This document shows positions 56,351 to 64,000 of a stretch of DNA of 64,000 bases, piece by piece; the first letter of the stretch is position 1; the number at the start of each line of letters is the position of its first letter. Where the stretch lies: the NCBI GenBank assembly GCA_029060025.1, contig JAIDUV010000049.1, positions 8,904 to 72,903 of the forward strand, written 5' to 3'. The translations under genes and the position numbers were made by a program. The notes beneath the pieces are model-generated. The model saw only the letters and a list, made by a program, of their open reading frames with translations, did no database searches and had not been told where the DNA came from. Origin of the DNA: Clostridia bacterium (lineage in GTDB: Bacteria > Bacillota > Clostridia > Christensenellales > UBA3700).

Positions 56351-57304
56351 ATGCCACTCGTAACATCAAAAGAAATGTTTAAGAAAGCGTATGCAGGTCA
56401 CTATGCTATCGGCGCTTTCAACGTAAACAATATGGAAATTATTCAAGGTATCGTAGAAGCCGCTACTGAAGAAAACGCTCCGCTTATTCTTCAAGTATCT
56501 TCCGGCGCAAGAAAATACGCTAACCCAACTTATCTTCGCAAAATGGTTGAGGCTGCTGAAGAAGTAAGCCATCTTCCTATCTGTCTCCACCTCGACCACG
56601 GCGACACTTTTGAACTTTGCAAAAGTTGTATCGACGGCGGATTTAATTCCGTAATGATCGACGGTAGCCACCACTCTTTCAAGGACAATATCGAATTGAC
56701 AAAGAGAGTTGTTGAGTACGCTCACGACCACGGCGTAACCGTAGAAGGCGAACTTGGACGTCTTGCAGGCGTTGAAGACGACGTAAAAGTATCGGCAGAA
56801 GACAGTTCTTATACCCGTCCAGAAGAAGTTGAAGAATTTGTAACCAAGACTGGCGTTGACTCCCTTGCAATTGCAATCGGAACTTCACACGGCGCATTCA
56901 AATTCAAGCCGGGCACTAAGCCACAACTTCGTTTTGACATTCTCGAAGAAGTAAGCAAGAGACTTCCCGAGTTCCCAATAGTTCTCCACGGCGCATCTTC
57001 CGTACCTCAAGAGTTCGTCAAGATTGTCAACGAAAACGGCGGCAAACTCAACGACGCTATCGGCGTACCTGAAGAAATGCTCCGTCAGGCTGCATCTATG
57101 GCAGTATGTAAGATCAACATCGACTCTGACCTCAGAATGGCTTGCACTGCAGGTATCCGCAAGCACTTCACAGAGCATCCGGATCACTTCGACCCAAGAC
57201 AATACCTCGGCGACGCAAGAGCCAACATCAAGTATATCGTTAAGCACAAACTTGTCAACGTACTCGGTTGCGCAGGCAAGGCTGACGAAATTCTCGGCAA
57301 ATAA
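56351..57304 (+). CDS. fba: Class II fructose-1,6-bisphosphate aldolase
   Basis: 317 aa. YAIGAFNVNNME, LHLDHG, GELG, GTSHGAFKF. Confidence 0.95.
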   Translation: MPLVTSKEMFKKAYAGHYAIGAFNVNNMEIIQGIVEAATEENAPLILQVSSGARKYANPTYLRKMVEAAEEVSHLPICLHLDHGDTFELCKSCIDGGFNSVMIDGSHHSFKDNIELTKRVVEYAHDHGVTVEGELGRLAGVEDDVKVSAEDSSYTRPEEVEEFVTKTGVDSLAIAIGTSHGAFKFKPGTKPQLRFDILEEVSKRLPEFPIVLHGASSVPQEFVKIVNENGGKLNDAIGVPEEMLRQAASMAVCKINIDSDLRMACTAGIRKHFTEHPDHFDPRQYLGDARANIKYIVKHKLVNVLGCAGKADEILGK

Positions 57305-57322
57305 TAACAGATTTACAAATAT

Positions 57323-57353
57323 AAAAGGTATAGACGGCTCGTCTATACCTTTT
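57323..57353 (+). terminator. Terminator of fba
   Basis: AAAAGGTATAGAC ggctc GTCTATACCTTTT, a perfect 13-bp stem. Confidence 0.85.
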
Positions 57354-57365
57354 ATTTATTACATT

Positions 57366-57402
57366 GTCATTTCGACCGAAACACAGTGAAGCGGAGAAAT
57401 CT
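57366..57402 (+). repeat. REP-like unit, long form (last copy in window)
   Basis: gtcatttcgaccgaaacacagtgaagcggagaaatct. Confidence 0.8.
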
Positions 57403-57463
57403 AATCCTTTATGTTAAATAAAAATAGATGGGCAATTGCCCATCTACTTTTGCCAAACAAATT

Positions 57464-57682
57464 TTAATTTACTATCTCCTCCACGTAAAGAGCAAACTTT
57501 TGATTGTTTAGCATTGCCATTTTTAAACATTCGTCTTTCATCTCAAAGTTTGAAATGAAATACTCTTCTAACAATGGCAAAATCTCAAATAATATATCTT
57601 TAGCATAAATTCTCTTTTCTTCTTTTGCACTTAAAATCGCTTGATTTTCTTCTTCTGTAATTTCTTTGTAGAATTTGTTCAT
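57464..57682 (-). CDS. Small hypothetical protein, divergent partner of second tandem-HTH XRE regulator
   Basis: Start moved to ATG 57682 (RBS aaggagag; the listed start is TTG inside the operator). 72 aa, acidic and helical. Confidence 0.5.
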   Translation of the reverse strand: MNKFYKEITEEENQAILSAKEEKRIYAKDILFEILPLLEEYFISNFEMKDECLKMAMLNNQKFALYVEEIVN

Positions 57683-57725
57683 AAGAATACTCTCCTTTAT
57701 TTGATCTAAATGTATTATATCATAC

Positions 57726-57762
57726 CGAATTGGCAAGATGCAACTAAAATCTTGCCAATTCG
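57726..57762. promoter_or_regulatory. Operator candidate: perfect 14-bp inverted repeat
   Basis: CGAATTGGCAAGAT gcaactaaa ATCTTGCCAATTCG in the divergent promoter gap. Confidence 0.6.
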
Positions 57763-57793
57763 ATACATAATATTTTGCAGAAGGATATCTAAT

Positions 57794-58237
57794 ATGGATA
57801 TAGAATTGAAATTTTCAGAAACTTTAAACGATTTACTTATTGAACACAACTTAAATGCAAGAACTCTTGCTAAAGTATTGGGTATGGAAAATTCTACAAT
57901 CACTCGCTATTTGAACGGAGAACGTTTGCCAACTATAGACAGTCTTGTAAGAATTGCTGATTACTTCAAATGTTCGACAGATTATTTATTATGTATGGAA
58001 GATGAAAGTTATCAGCGAGACTTTTCACCTTGTCCGCCTTTTGCTGAAAGACTTGCATTTTTATTGAATTATTACAAATGCTCTTCTTACCGTGTCTATC
58101 ACACCACAGGTATATCCCAAGGAAGATTTTATGATTGGAAGAATGGAATTAGCGTGCCTACAGTTGACAACGTAGTCAAACTTGCAAAACATTTTAATTG
58201 CTCCGTTGACTTTATCATTGGTCGCAGTAAAATATAA
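57794..58237 (+). CDS. XRE-family regulator with two tandem HTH domains
   Basis: ATG 57794. 147 aa. LNARTLAKVLGMENSTITRYLNG...YFKCSTDYLL and a second, degenerate HTH ...YFNCSVDFIIG. Confidence 0.8.
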   Translation: MDIELKFSETLNDLLIEHNLNARTLAKVLGMENSTITRYLNGERLPTIDSLVRIADYFKCSTDYLLCMEDESYQRDFSPCPPFAERLAFLLNYYKCSSYRVYHTTGISQGRFYDWKNGISVPTVDNVVKLAKHFNCSVDFIIGRSKI

Positions 58238-58372
58238 TATTATGGATATGTTATTTTCATTTGCTCAATCATAATAAATATAGACAAGTCAAGAGTATTT
58301 TTGGGAAATAAATTTAAATTCAGGGAAATTCCAATCTAAAAATATTTACCCTATTATATCAAAAAGTATGAT

Positions 58373-59113
58373 TTAATTATTATCCTTATCTCTTTTGTAA
58401 TGACTTGACAATCTTTCTTTGATTTTTTTGAGATGTCTTTCCAAAAATCTATTTGAGCGCTTGTTTTCCTTATATTCTTTGCGGAGAGAGCCGAGCAATT
58501 CTGTCTTGATATTTTTGTCAGCAAAAAACTCTTCCATATTGCTCATAACTCCGACATAGTAATTTGCAACGAATTTTACATATCCCAGTATGCCCTGCTG
58601 CACTTCGTTTTCGTCGGCGCCATTCTCTAATTTTGCATAATAATACAATAGATCTACCGTCTCGTCATTCAACTTAAAAAAATAATTCTTTCCGTCAAGA
58701 TACTCGGCGAGAGCAACGTACGTCACCATACGTCTTGTATAGTCTTTTGTCAACTCCTGTATCTTGCCGTCGATTTTTTCAAAAACTTCTTTTGGACAGT
58801 CAAAGATATTATTCCACTCCGCCTGTTCGATTGCTTGAGATTCGCCGTCGTTTACAAGTTGAGTCTTTGCAATATTCAAAATATCCGCCTTTTGAGCCAC
58901 TTGATCTATGAAATCCTGCTCTTTGGGATAGATAGCCTTATTGCTCTTGCTTTGATGAAAAAGCAACGATTGCAAAAGCATATCAAAGTTGAGCAAATAC
59001 TCGTCGGCATTCAACTCGCTGTCAACTCCTCTTGCCACGTCGCAAATCTGCGCCAAAAACTTTATCAACTTTGCGTATTTCTTATTAAGTTTTTCTTTAG
59101 TATCTGCGCTCAT
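58373..59113 (-). CDS. Hypothetical helical protein with basic C-terminal tail
   Basis: Start ATG 59113. About 246 aa. No motif recognised. Confidence 0.55.
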   Translation of the reverse strand: MSADTKEKLNKKYAKLIKFLAQICDVARGVDSELNADEYLLNFDMLLQSLLFHQSKSNKAIYPKEQDFIDQVAQKADILNIAKTQLVNDGESQAIEQAEWNNIFDCPKEVFEKIDGKIQELTKDYTRRMVTYVALAEYLDGKNYFFKLNDETVDLLYYYAKLENGADENEVQQGILGYVKFVANYYVGVMSNMEEFFADKNIKTELLGSLRKEYKENKRSNRFLERHLKKIKERLSSHYKRDKDNN

Positions 59114-59463
59114 TGCTTGTATTCTCTCCAAATAGATTTATCTACTTAATATTTTAATACTATTTAAGACGATAGTCAAGGCTACTGACACGGTTGGTTA
59201 TACAATTACCGCTGTTGATTTTACCGCCGCGAATTACGCAAAGAAATATTTTTATTATTTACTTACCAAGGTATTCTTCATATCAATAACGAAATTTGTC
59301 GATTTTATACGAAATTTAAAATTTTTTGTATTTTTGTACAAAAGTTATTCAAAAACGCTTGCTATTTAGCCACATTAACGCTATGATAGTATTATAGGAA
59401 TATAAAGCAATAAATTATTTTAGAATTCCCAACTAAATAAATACTATACACGGAGATGATAAT

Positions 59464-59841
59464 ATGCCAACGTCTTATGATATTGATTTGCATTATTTGG
59501 CTAAAAAAGCCAAAAGTCGACTTTCGAGTCACAATGAAGGAAACACAAACGAGTATAATAAATATATACAAAGAGCCAACGACACCTATCTTTTGATACT
59601 CAAAATGGTAACTGAAGAAGAGACCGTTTACAATCCCATATCACGATTTGTTGGAAAAGATCTCAAGAACGTCCCCGATTCAAGCGAGAAGATAAGGACT
59701 GTTTTGGAGACAAGCCGACACGTCAGTGAAATAAGACAAAGAGTGAGGACTGACCTTATCAAAAAGGCGCGAAACAACGAAAGCGTCAACGTTGAAGGCA
59801 AAGAATACGACCCATTGGATCTTTTGCGCAAACTACACTAA
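59464..59841 (+). CDS. Hypothetical protein
   Basis: 125-aa ORF with RBS acggagatg. No motif recognised. Confidence 0.45.
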   Translation: MPTSYDIDLHYLAKKAKSRLSSHNEGNTNEYNKYIQRANDTYLLILKMVTEEETVYNPISRFVGKDLKNVPDSSEKIRTVLETSRHVSEIRQRVRTDLIKKARNNESVNVEGKEYDPLDLLRKLH

Positions 59842-59889
59842 TAACACTAATACGCATTTATCAAAAACTTTTTACACTACATACATACA

Positions 59890-59923
59890 ACAAACGCCTT
59901 CGGATTGCTCCGAAGGCGTTTGT
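59890..59923. terminator. Bidirectional terminator between convergent genes
   Basis: ACAAACGCCTTCGG attgct CCGAAGGCGTTTGT, a perfect 14-bp stem. Confidence 0.8.
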
Positions 59924-59954
59924 CGTAAGTTGTGTGGGATTAGGTTATGGCAAA

Positions 59955-61361
59955 TTAAGATTGAGAAGCCAAACTTTCAAGACGAGAATTCTTGATTGTC
60001 TGCAAAGTCTCCTTTGCTTGTTGCTCGGCTTTGGCAAGCGCTTGATTGTATTGCGCCAGTGCTCCGTCAAGTTTTGCGACAGCCTGTTGTTGCGCTTCAA
60101 CGATACTTTGCTTCTGTTCGTCCGACAGACTTGCATCCATCTTCTCTTTCATCTCGGCTGCCTTCTTCTCAAGTTCTACGGCAAAATCTTTGAGATCCTC
60201 GACCGTAAAGTGTTCAAAATCTATATCTTTAATCTCTATTCCTGCAATCAATGCCTGTATTTGCGTTATGACGTCTTGCGAAAGCGGTTTATCCTGCAAC
60301 TGTTCTTTGCTTTCTTCGAGTTTTTCAACGGCGCCGTTGAGTTTGTCTCTCATATCCTGCGTCAAGCCGTCAGCGGTGTTTTTTGCGACCTTATCTACGT
60401 ATGCTCCGACGCTTTCCACCGTCACGTTGCCTTGGCTATCCTTAAGCGCTTCTACGTCAACGCCAAGTTGAGTAGCAATAGCGAGCACGTCGTCTTCAGC
60501 AAGCAATTTATCCGCAACGTCTTGCGCAAGCACTACGCTTTTTGCAATCAATTCGACGCTCTTTGCGGCTATAGAAAGTCCGCCGTACTGCGCGGCTGCG
60601 AGACCGCCCTCTATCACGCCTTTATATTCCATATATTTTGCAAGATATACAGCCTCTTGCGCCGTCATTACTGCCATCTGGTATACTTGTTCTGCGGCAA
60701 GTTTTGCCTCTTCAAACGCCTTGGTAGAAAAGTTTTCCAGTTTGTCGTACGCACCGTCGACGATCTCCAAAAGTTCTTGAGTGCTCATCTTTACGGCATC
60801 GTCCATCTTGAGAGACAAGTCAGCCGCCATTGCGCTGTTGATAAGTCTCAACTTACCTGCCGTCAAATTCTGATAATACTCGTTATTCGGATTGTTCTCT
60901 TTGAGTTTAGCGAGTTGATAGTTGAGCACGAAGGAGCCTTCTTTGTTATAATTGATGTCAAAAGAAAGTTTTTCGTCCGTATTGCTCACCGCAACTTCGA
61001 TTTTGTCCAAGATATTGCTCTCTACTTTAGAATCGTCACTTGAGACGGACACTTGCACGCCGCAATTATCCTGCGTAAGATATCCCATCTTTACGGCGAG
61101 ATCCATAATCTTTTGGCTTGCCTCTTGGATATCCATACCTATTATTACTTCTCCGTACATCAAGACGAGCGCGTCGTCGTTTTCGCAACTGTACGACATA
61201 ATCTTTTGGTCTTTATCCAGCACTATTCTTATAGACGGATTTATATCAATCGAGACGTAACTCGTAGCAACAGGCTCTTTTTCGACGTCGCAACCTGCAA
61301 AGCAAACCGTCGCTAAAATTGCCATAGTCAAAACTACTATTACTGCAACTGCTTTTTTCAT
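59955..61361 (-). CDS. Lipoprotein with Ala/Glu/Lys-rich coiled-coil C-terminal half
   Basis: 468 aa. RBS aaaggag. Lipobox FAGC. N-terminal YVSIDINPSIRIVLDKDQKI resembles the extracytoplasmic domain seen in RsgI-type anti-sigma proteins (uncertain). Confidence 0.7.
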   Translation of the reverse strand: MKKAVAVIVVLTMAILATVCFAGCDVEKEPVATSYVSIDINPSIRIVLDKDQKIMSYSCENDDALVLMYGEVIIGMDIQEASQKIMDLAVKMGYLTQDNCGVQVSVSSDDSKVESNILDKIEVAVSNTDEKLSFDINYNKEGSFVLNYQLAKLKENNPNNEYYQNLTAGKLRLINSAMAADLSLKMDDAVKMSTQELLEIVDGAYDKLENFSTKAFEEAKLAAEQVYQMAVMTAQEAVYLAKYMEYKGVIEGGLAAAQYGGLSIAAKSVELIAKSVVLAQDVADKLLAEDDVLAIATQLGVDVEALKDSQGNVTVESVGAYVDKVAKNTADGLTQDMRDKLNGAVEKLEESKEQLQDKPLSQDVITQIQALIAGIEIKDIDFEHFTVEDLKDFAVELEKKAAEMKEKMDASLSDEQKQSIVEAQQQAVAKLDGALAQYNQALAKAEQQAKETLQTIKNSRLESLASQS

Positions 61362-61453
61362 AATGGTTCTCCTTTTTGGTTAGTTTCGCTTAATAAACTA
61401 TTTGCAAATGCCTTTTATTGGCAATTTCAAAAAATTTTTTGTTTTTTCAACGC

Positions 61454-61483
61454 TTGACAAATATATATCCCCGCCTATACAAT
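61454..61483 (+). promoter_or_regulatory. Promoter of the cobalamin-riboswitch operon
   Basis: TTGACA, 16 nt, TATACA (or 18 nt, TACAAT). Confidence 0.5.
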
Positions 61484-61499
61484 ATTGAAAACGAATAAT

Positions 61500-61746
61500 A
61501 TTGCAAGGTTGCTTTAGGACGTATATCATAAACGTTCTATGCATTAAAAAGGGAACGGAGTGAAAATCTCCGACAGCCCCCGCTACTGTAACGGCTACGA
61601 ACGCTCAATAACACTGAAAAATCGGGAAGAGAGCGCTAGGTATGAAGCCGTAAGTCAGGAGACCTGCCTGTAATATAACAAGACGGATTTCGGTGGGAGA
61701 TCAAGTCGTGGCATTGCCATTCCCGCCCTACTCAGGGCGTTTTTTA
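61500..61746 (+). promoter_or_regulatory. Cobalamin (B12) riboswitch with intrinsic terminator
   Basis: AAAAGGGAACGGAGTGAAAATCTCCGACAGCCCCCGCTACTGTAA core. B12 box AAGTCAGGAGACCTGCC (61652-61668). Terminator CGCCCT actc AGGGCG + T6 (61724-61746). Confidence 0.9.
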
Positions 61747-61802
61747 TTCCACGCGATTTTCCGTTGACTCACTAATTGATCTTATAAAAGGAGTATACTC
61801 AA

Positions 61803-62267
61803 ATGAAAAAGTATGCAAAAATCATTACAGCAATCTTAATTATCTCAATGCTTTCACTGGCGCTCTTTGCCTGTGTCAATCCCGACAGTGACAAAGAAGG
61901 CAAAATGACCCTTGTTCTTCTCGACGGTGACAATGCCAAAGAATACGTCGTTGACCTCTCAAAACTTCCGTCCGGCAACTCTCAAACCGGATTGATATCA
62001 GTCCTTGAATATCTCCAAAACGACGGGCGACTCACCTACTCCATAGACGGCACGCTCTTGACCCAGGTAGGAGATCTTAAGAATGACGCCGGCGCAAATA
62101 AGTGGGTTTGGCTCTACACCGACGTAGAGAAGGATATAAACGTAACTGAATTTGCAACGCAGATTACCTACAAAGGCAAGACATATACCGACAGCGGTCT
62201 CGGCGCTAACCTAATGAGTATCAAAGACGGTTGCACTATCATTATTACGTATATGATATTCGGTTGA
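61803..62267 (+). CDS. DUF4430-type lipoprotein (transcobalamin-like B12-binding candidate)
   Basis: 154 aa. RBS aaaggag. Lipobox LFAC. ...NKWVWLYTDV...MSIKDGCTIIITY matches the DUF4430 pattern. Riboswitch-controlled. Confidence 0.65.
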   Translation: MKKYAKIITAILIISMLSLALFACVNPDSDKEGKMTLVLLDGDNAKEYVVDLSKLPSGNSQTGLISVLEYLQNDGRLTYSIDGTLLTQVGDLKNDAGANKWVWLYTDVEKDINVTEFATQITYKGKTYTDSGLGANLMSIKDGCTIIITYMIFG

Positions 62268-62268
62268 T

Positions 62269-62826
62269 ATGAAGGCTACTCCGCGACGCGACAGAGCGCT
62301 CAAACTTGCGCTAATTGCAATTATGGCAGCCACGTTAGAGGGCGGCAAGTTTGCGCTGTCGTTTATCCCCAACGTAGAGATAGTCACGCTTCTTTGCGCC
62401 GTATACGGCTACGTATTCGGCGTCTACGGAATTATAGCAACATATATTTTCGTTGGTATCGAAACGCTGATTTGGGGTGCAAATACCTGGGTCGTGACCT
62501 ATCTCATACATTGGGGGTGCGTATCGCTCGTCTTCGCGCTTTTTGGTAAGTTTAAGATCAAAAGCCGACTGATTGCCACCGCGACTGCGGTAATTTTGAC
62601 GGTGGCGTTCGGCGTACTAAGTTCGCTCGTCGACACAGGACTGCTCACAGGATTTTTCAACAACTTCTGGAAGAGATTTGCCATCATATACACCCGAGGC
62701 GTAGCCTTCTATATAACGCAGACTGTGTGCAACTTACTTCTCTTTCTTATAGTATTCAAACCTCTCGTCAATCGCATTGAAATGCTATTGCCCGAGAGAT
62801 TCAAAAGCGTAAGTTTACGCAAATAG
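62269..62826 (+). CDS. ECF-transporter S-component-like membrane protein (cobalamin-related by context)
   Basis: 185 aa, 5-6 TM segments. Start lies 1 nt after the upstream stop. No ECF A/T genes in the window. Confidence 0.5.
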   Translation: MKATPRRDRALKLALIAIMAATLEGGKFALSFIPNVEIVTLLCAVYGYVFGVYGIIATYIFVGIETLIWGANTWVVTYLIHWGCVSLVFALFGKFKIKSRLIATATAVILTVAFGVLSSLVDTGLLTGFFNNFWKRFAIIYTRGVAFYITQTVCNLLLFLIVFKPLVNRIEMLLPERFKSVSLRK

Positions 62827-62831
62827 GACAC

Positions 62832-63482
62832 TCACTTATCAGTAAGGTGACGTTTGATTATCTTAAACTCTTTTTCCGTAAGACCGTCTACAAAACTAAC
62901 CGCGTCACTGTAAATTTGGCTGGCTTTGGGTCTTTTTCTACATTGCAAACTACTTTGAAACAAACCGAATCTAGCGCTCTTTTTGCGCTCGGCAAACTTA
63001 ATTGCTATATTCACAAGTTGTTTTACGTTTGTAGTAAGATCTTCGTACTTCTTTGGCAACGCTTGGTCTTTTGACAACTCTTCTATAGGCTCTTCTCCGT
63101 AAGCGTGCAAATACAGGTTATCCATAATTCTAATGTATGATTTGATTGCAGATTCCTCTTTGCACAAGATATAAGGCTCTTCTTCTTTGATATAGAAAGT
63201 CTGTTCGGTTTCTTTATAGTTATTTTTGTAATTGGAGTAATAATTATAGATTTCTCTTTCAATTGCGTCGACTTTTTCTTCACGGACACGGACGTTGATT
63301 GCCTGATACACTATGCCTTTTTTGAATTTCAATTTCTTTTGTTCGACAAGCGCCTCTACTCCATCTCTTGCCTTGAAATAACTCCAACCAAAATCCTGTT
63401 GAATTTGAGGAATGGTGACCTTATCCTTCTTAGTGACATACTTCGTCAATACTAATATTTCTTCGTCGTTTATTTTGCTCAT
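62832..63482 (-). CDS. Hypothetical protein with N-terminal FtsK-gamma-like winged helix
   Basis: Start ATG 63482 (RBS gggaggag). KVTIPQIQQDFGWSYFKARDGVEALVEQKKL resembles the FtsK gamma / wHTH fold (weak). Confidence 0.45.
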   Translation of the reverse strand: MSKINDEEILVLTKYVTKKDKVTIPQIQQDFGWSYFKARDGVEALVEQKKLKFKKGIVYQAINVRVREEKVDAIEREIYNYYSNYKNNYKETEQTFYIKEEEPYILCKEESAIKSYIRIMDNLYLHAYGEEPIEELSKDQALPKKYEDLTTNVKQLVNIAIKFAERKKSARFGLFQSSLQCRKRPKASQIYSDAVSFVDGLTEKEFKIIKRHLTDK

Positions 63483-63546
63483 TTTTACTCCTCCCGAGTC
63501 GGCTCTGTCGACGGTATGTATTCCGGTTAAAAAAATATTTCGCATA

Positions 63547-64000
63547 TTAAAATCCGAATGGATTGCGCTTCATCGGCTTAGCAATATATTGATATGCGTA
63601 TTTTTTATCTGACGGATTTACTTTGACATCATACTCGTCTATGTTTGCCTGCGCCAAACTGTTGAATTCTTTGCACTTATAATACCTTTCCAATTTGGAT
63701 AACAACACGTACCCGCAGTTTGCTTCGGTGATAATACACTCGCCTTGGTCAAAATGCGTAAGTCTGCTCTTAGGAATGAGCGGTATTGTCTCCACAGAAT
63801 AGTGATTTATCTCTCTGCCGTCACCGTTGAGAGCGCTTAGCGGAGATACCCTCGTCATATTGCCGCATTCTCTGGAAATCTCCTCAAGCGTCGATGGGTT
63901 GTTGCTGCCAAAGAAGACGTGCATATTGAGATTGTCTCTTATTATCTTTGCATTTTCGCCGTATACGCTATCGAGTTGGGCATAGGACTGAATAATGAGT
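63547..64000 (-). CDS. Type IV secretion coupling protein (TraG/VirD4/TcpA-like), C-terminal part; 5' end outside window
   Basis: Frame is open to the window edge: ...IIQSYAQLDSVYGENAKIIRDNLNMHVFFGSNNPSTLEEISRECG..., typical of the region after Walker B in conjugative coupling ATPases. Confidence 0.6.
   Translation of the reverse strand, partial: LIIQSYAQLDSVYGENAKIIRDNLNMHVFFGSNNPSTLEEISRECGNMTRVSPLSALNGDGREINHYSVETIPLIPKSRLTHFDQGECIITEANCGYVLLSKLERYYKCKEFNSLAQANIDEYDVKVNPSDKKYAYQYIAKPMKRNPFGF

Overview
64-kb chromosomal segment of a low-GC Bacillota genome, Clostridia-like and probably a spore-forming anaerobe (lipobox lipoproteins, cwlD- and cotJC-like genes, GGAGG-type RBSs). It holds about 60 protein genes (roughly 80 % on the minus strand), one tRNA-Leu(CAA) and one cobalamin riboswitch. 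I saw no rRNA, CRISPR array, transposase or integrase. Housekeeping genes: metA-metY, smpB, secG, phosphoglucomutase, thiamine pyrophosphokinase, Fe-ADH, aspartate kinase, cdaA, comEC-holA, ppa, fba. Points worth a second look: (1) a ~215-nt hairpin-rich element in two inverted copies, plus a possible diverged third, each sitting at the 3' end of a co-oriented gene. Differences between copies cluster in loops and the closing helix changes in a compensatory way. It is a candidate new structured RNA or MITE. (2) A REP-like repeat family (GTCATTTCGA...GAGAAATCT, about 20 units, three subtypes) filling most intergenic gaps up to 38.6 kb. (3) An OmpR/HisKA two-component operon coupled to a 1008-aa lipoprotein that faces a 1269-aa paralogue, whose promoter carries an 11-bp-phased direct repeat. 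(4) A lipoprotein promoter with a G10 tract inside the -35/-10 spacer, a phase-variation candidate. (5) Three perfect DnaA boxes within 44 bp upstream of an orphan WYL regulator. (6) An anSME gene next to a polytopic Cys-type sulfatase carrying one in-frame TAG, and a decayed gene patch after tRNA-Leu. (7) A conjugation coupling-protein gene at the right edge. The ORF track renders TTG/GTG starts as M, so several starts were moved to the RBS-supported ATG. All functional calls come from motif recognition by eye. No database search was run.
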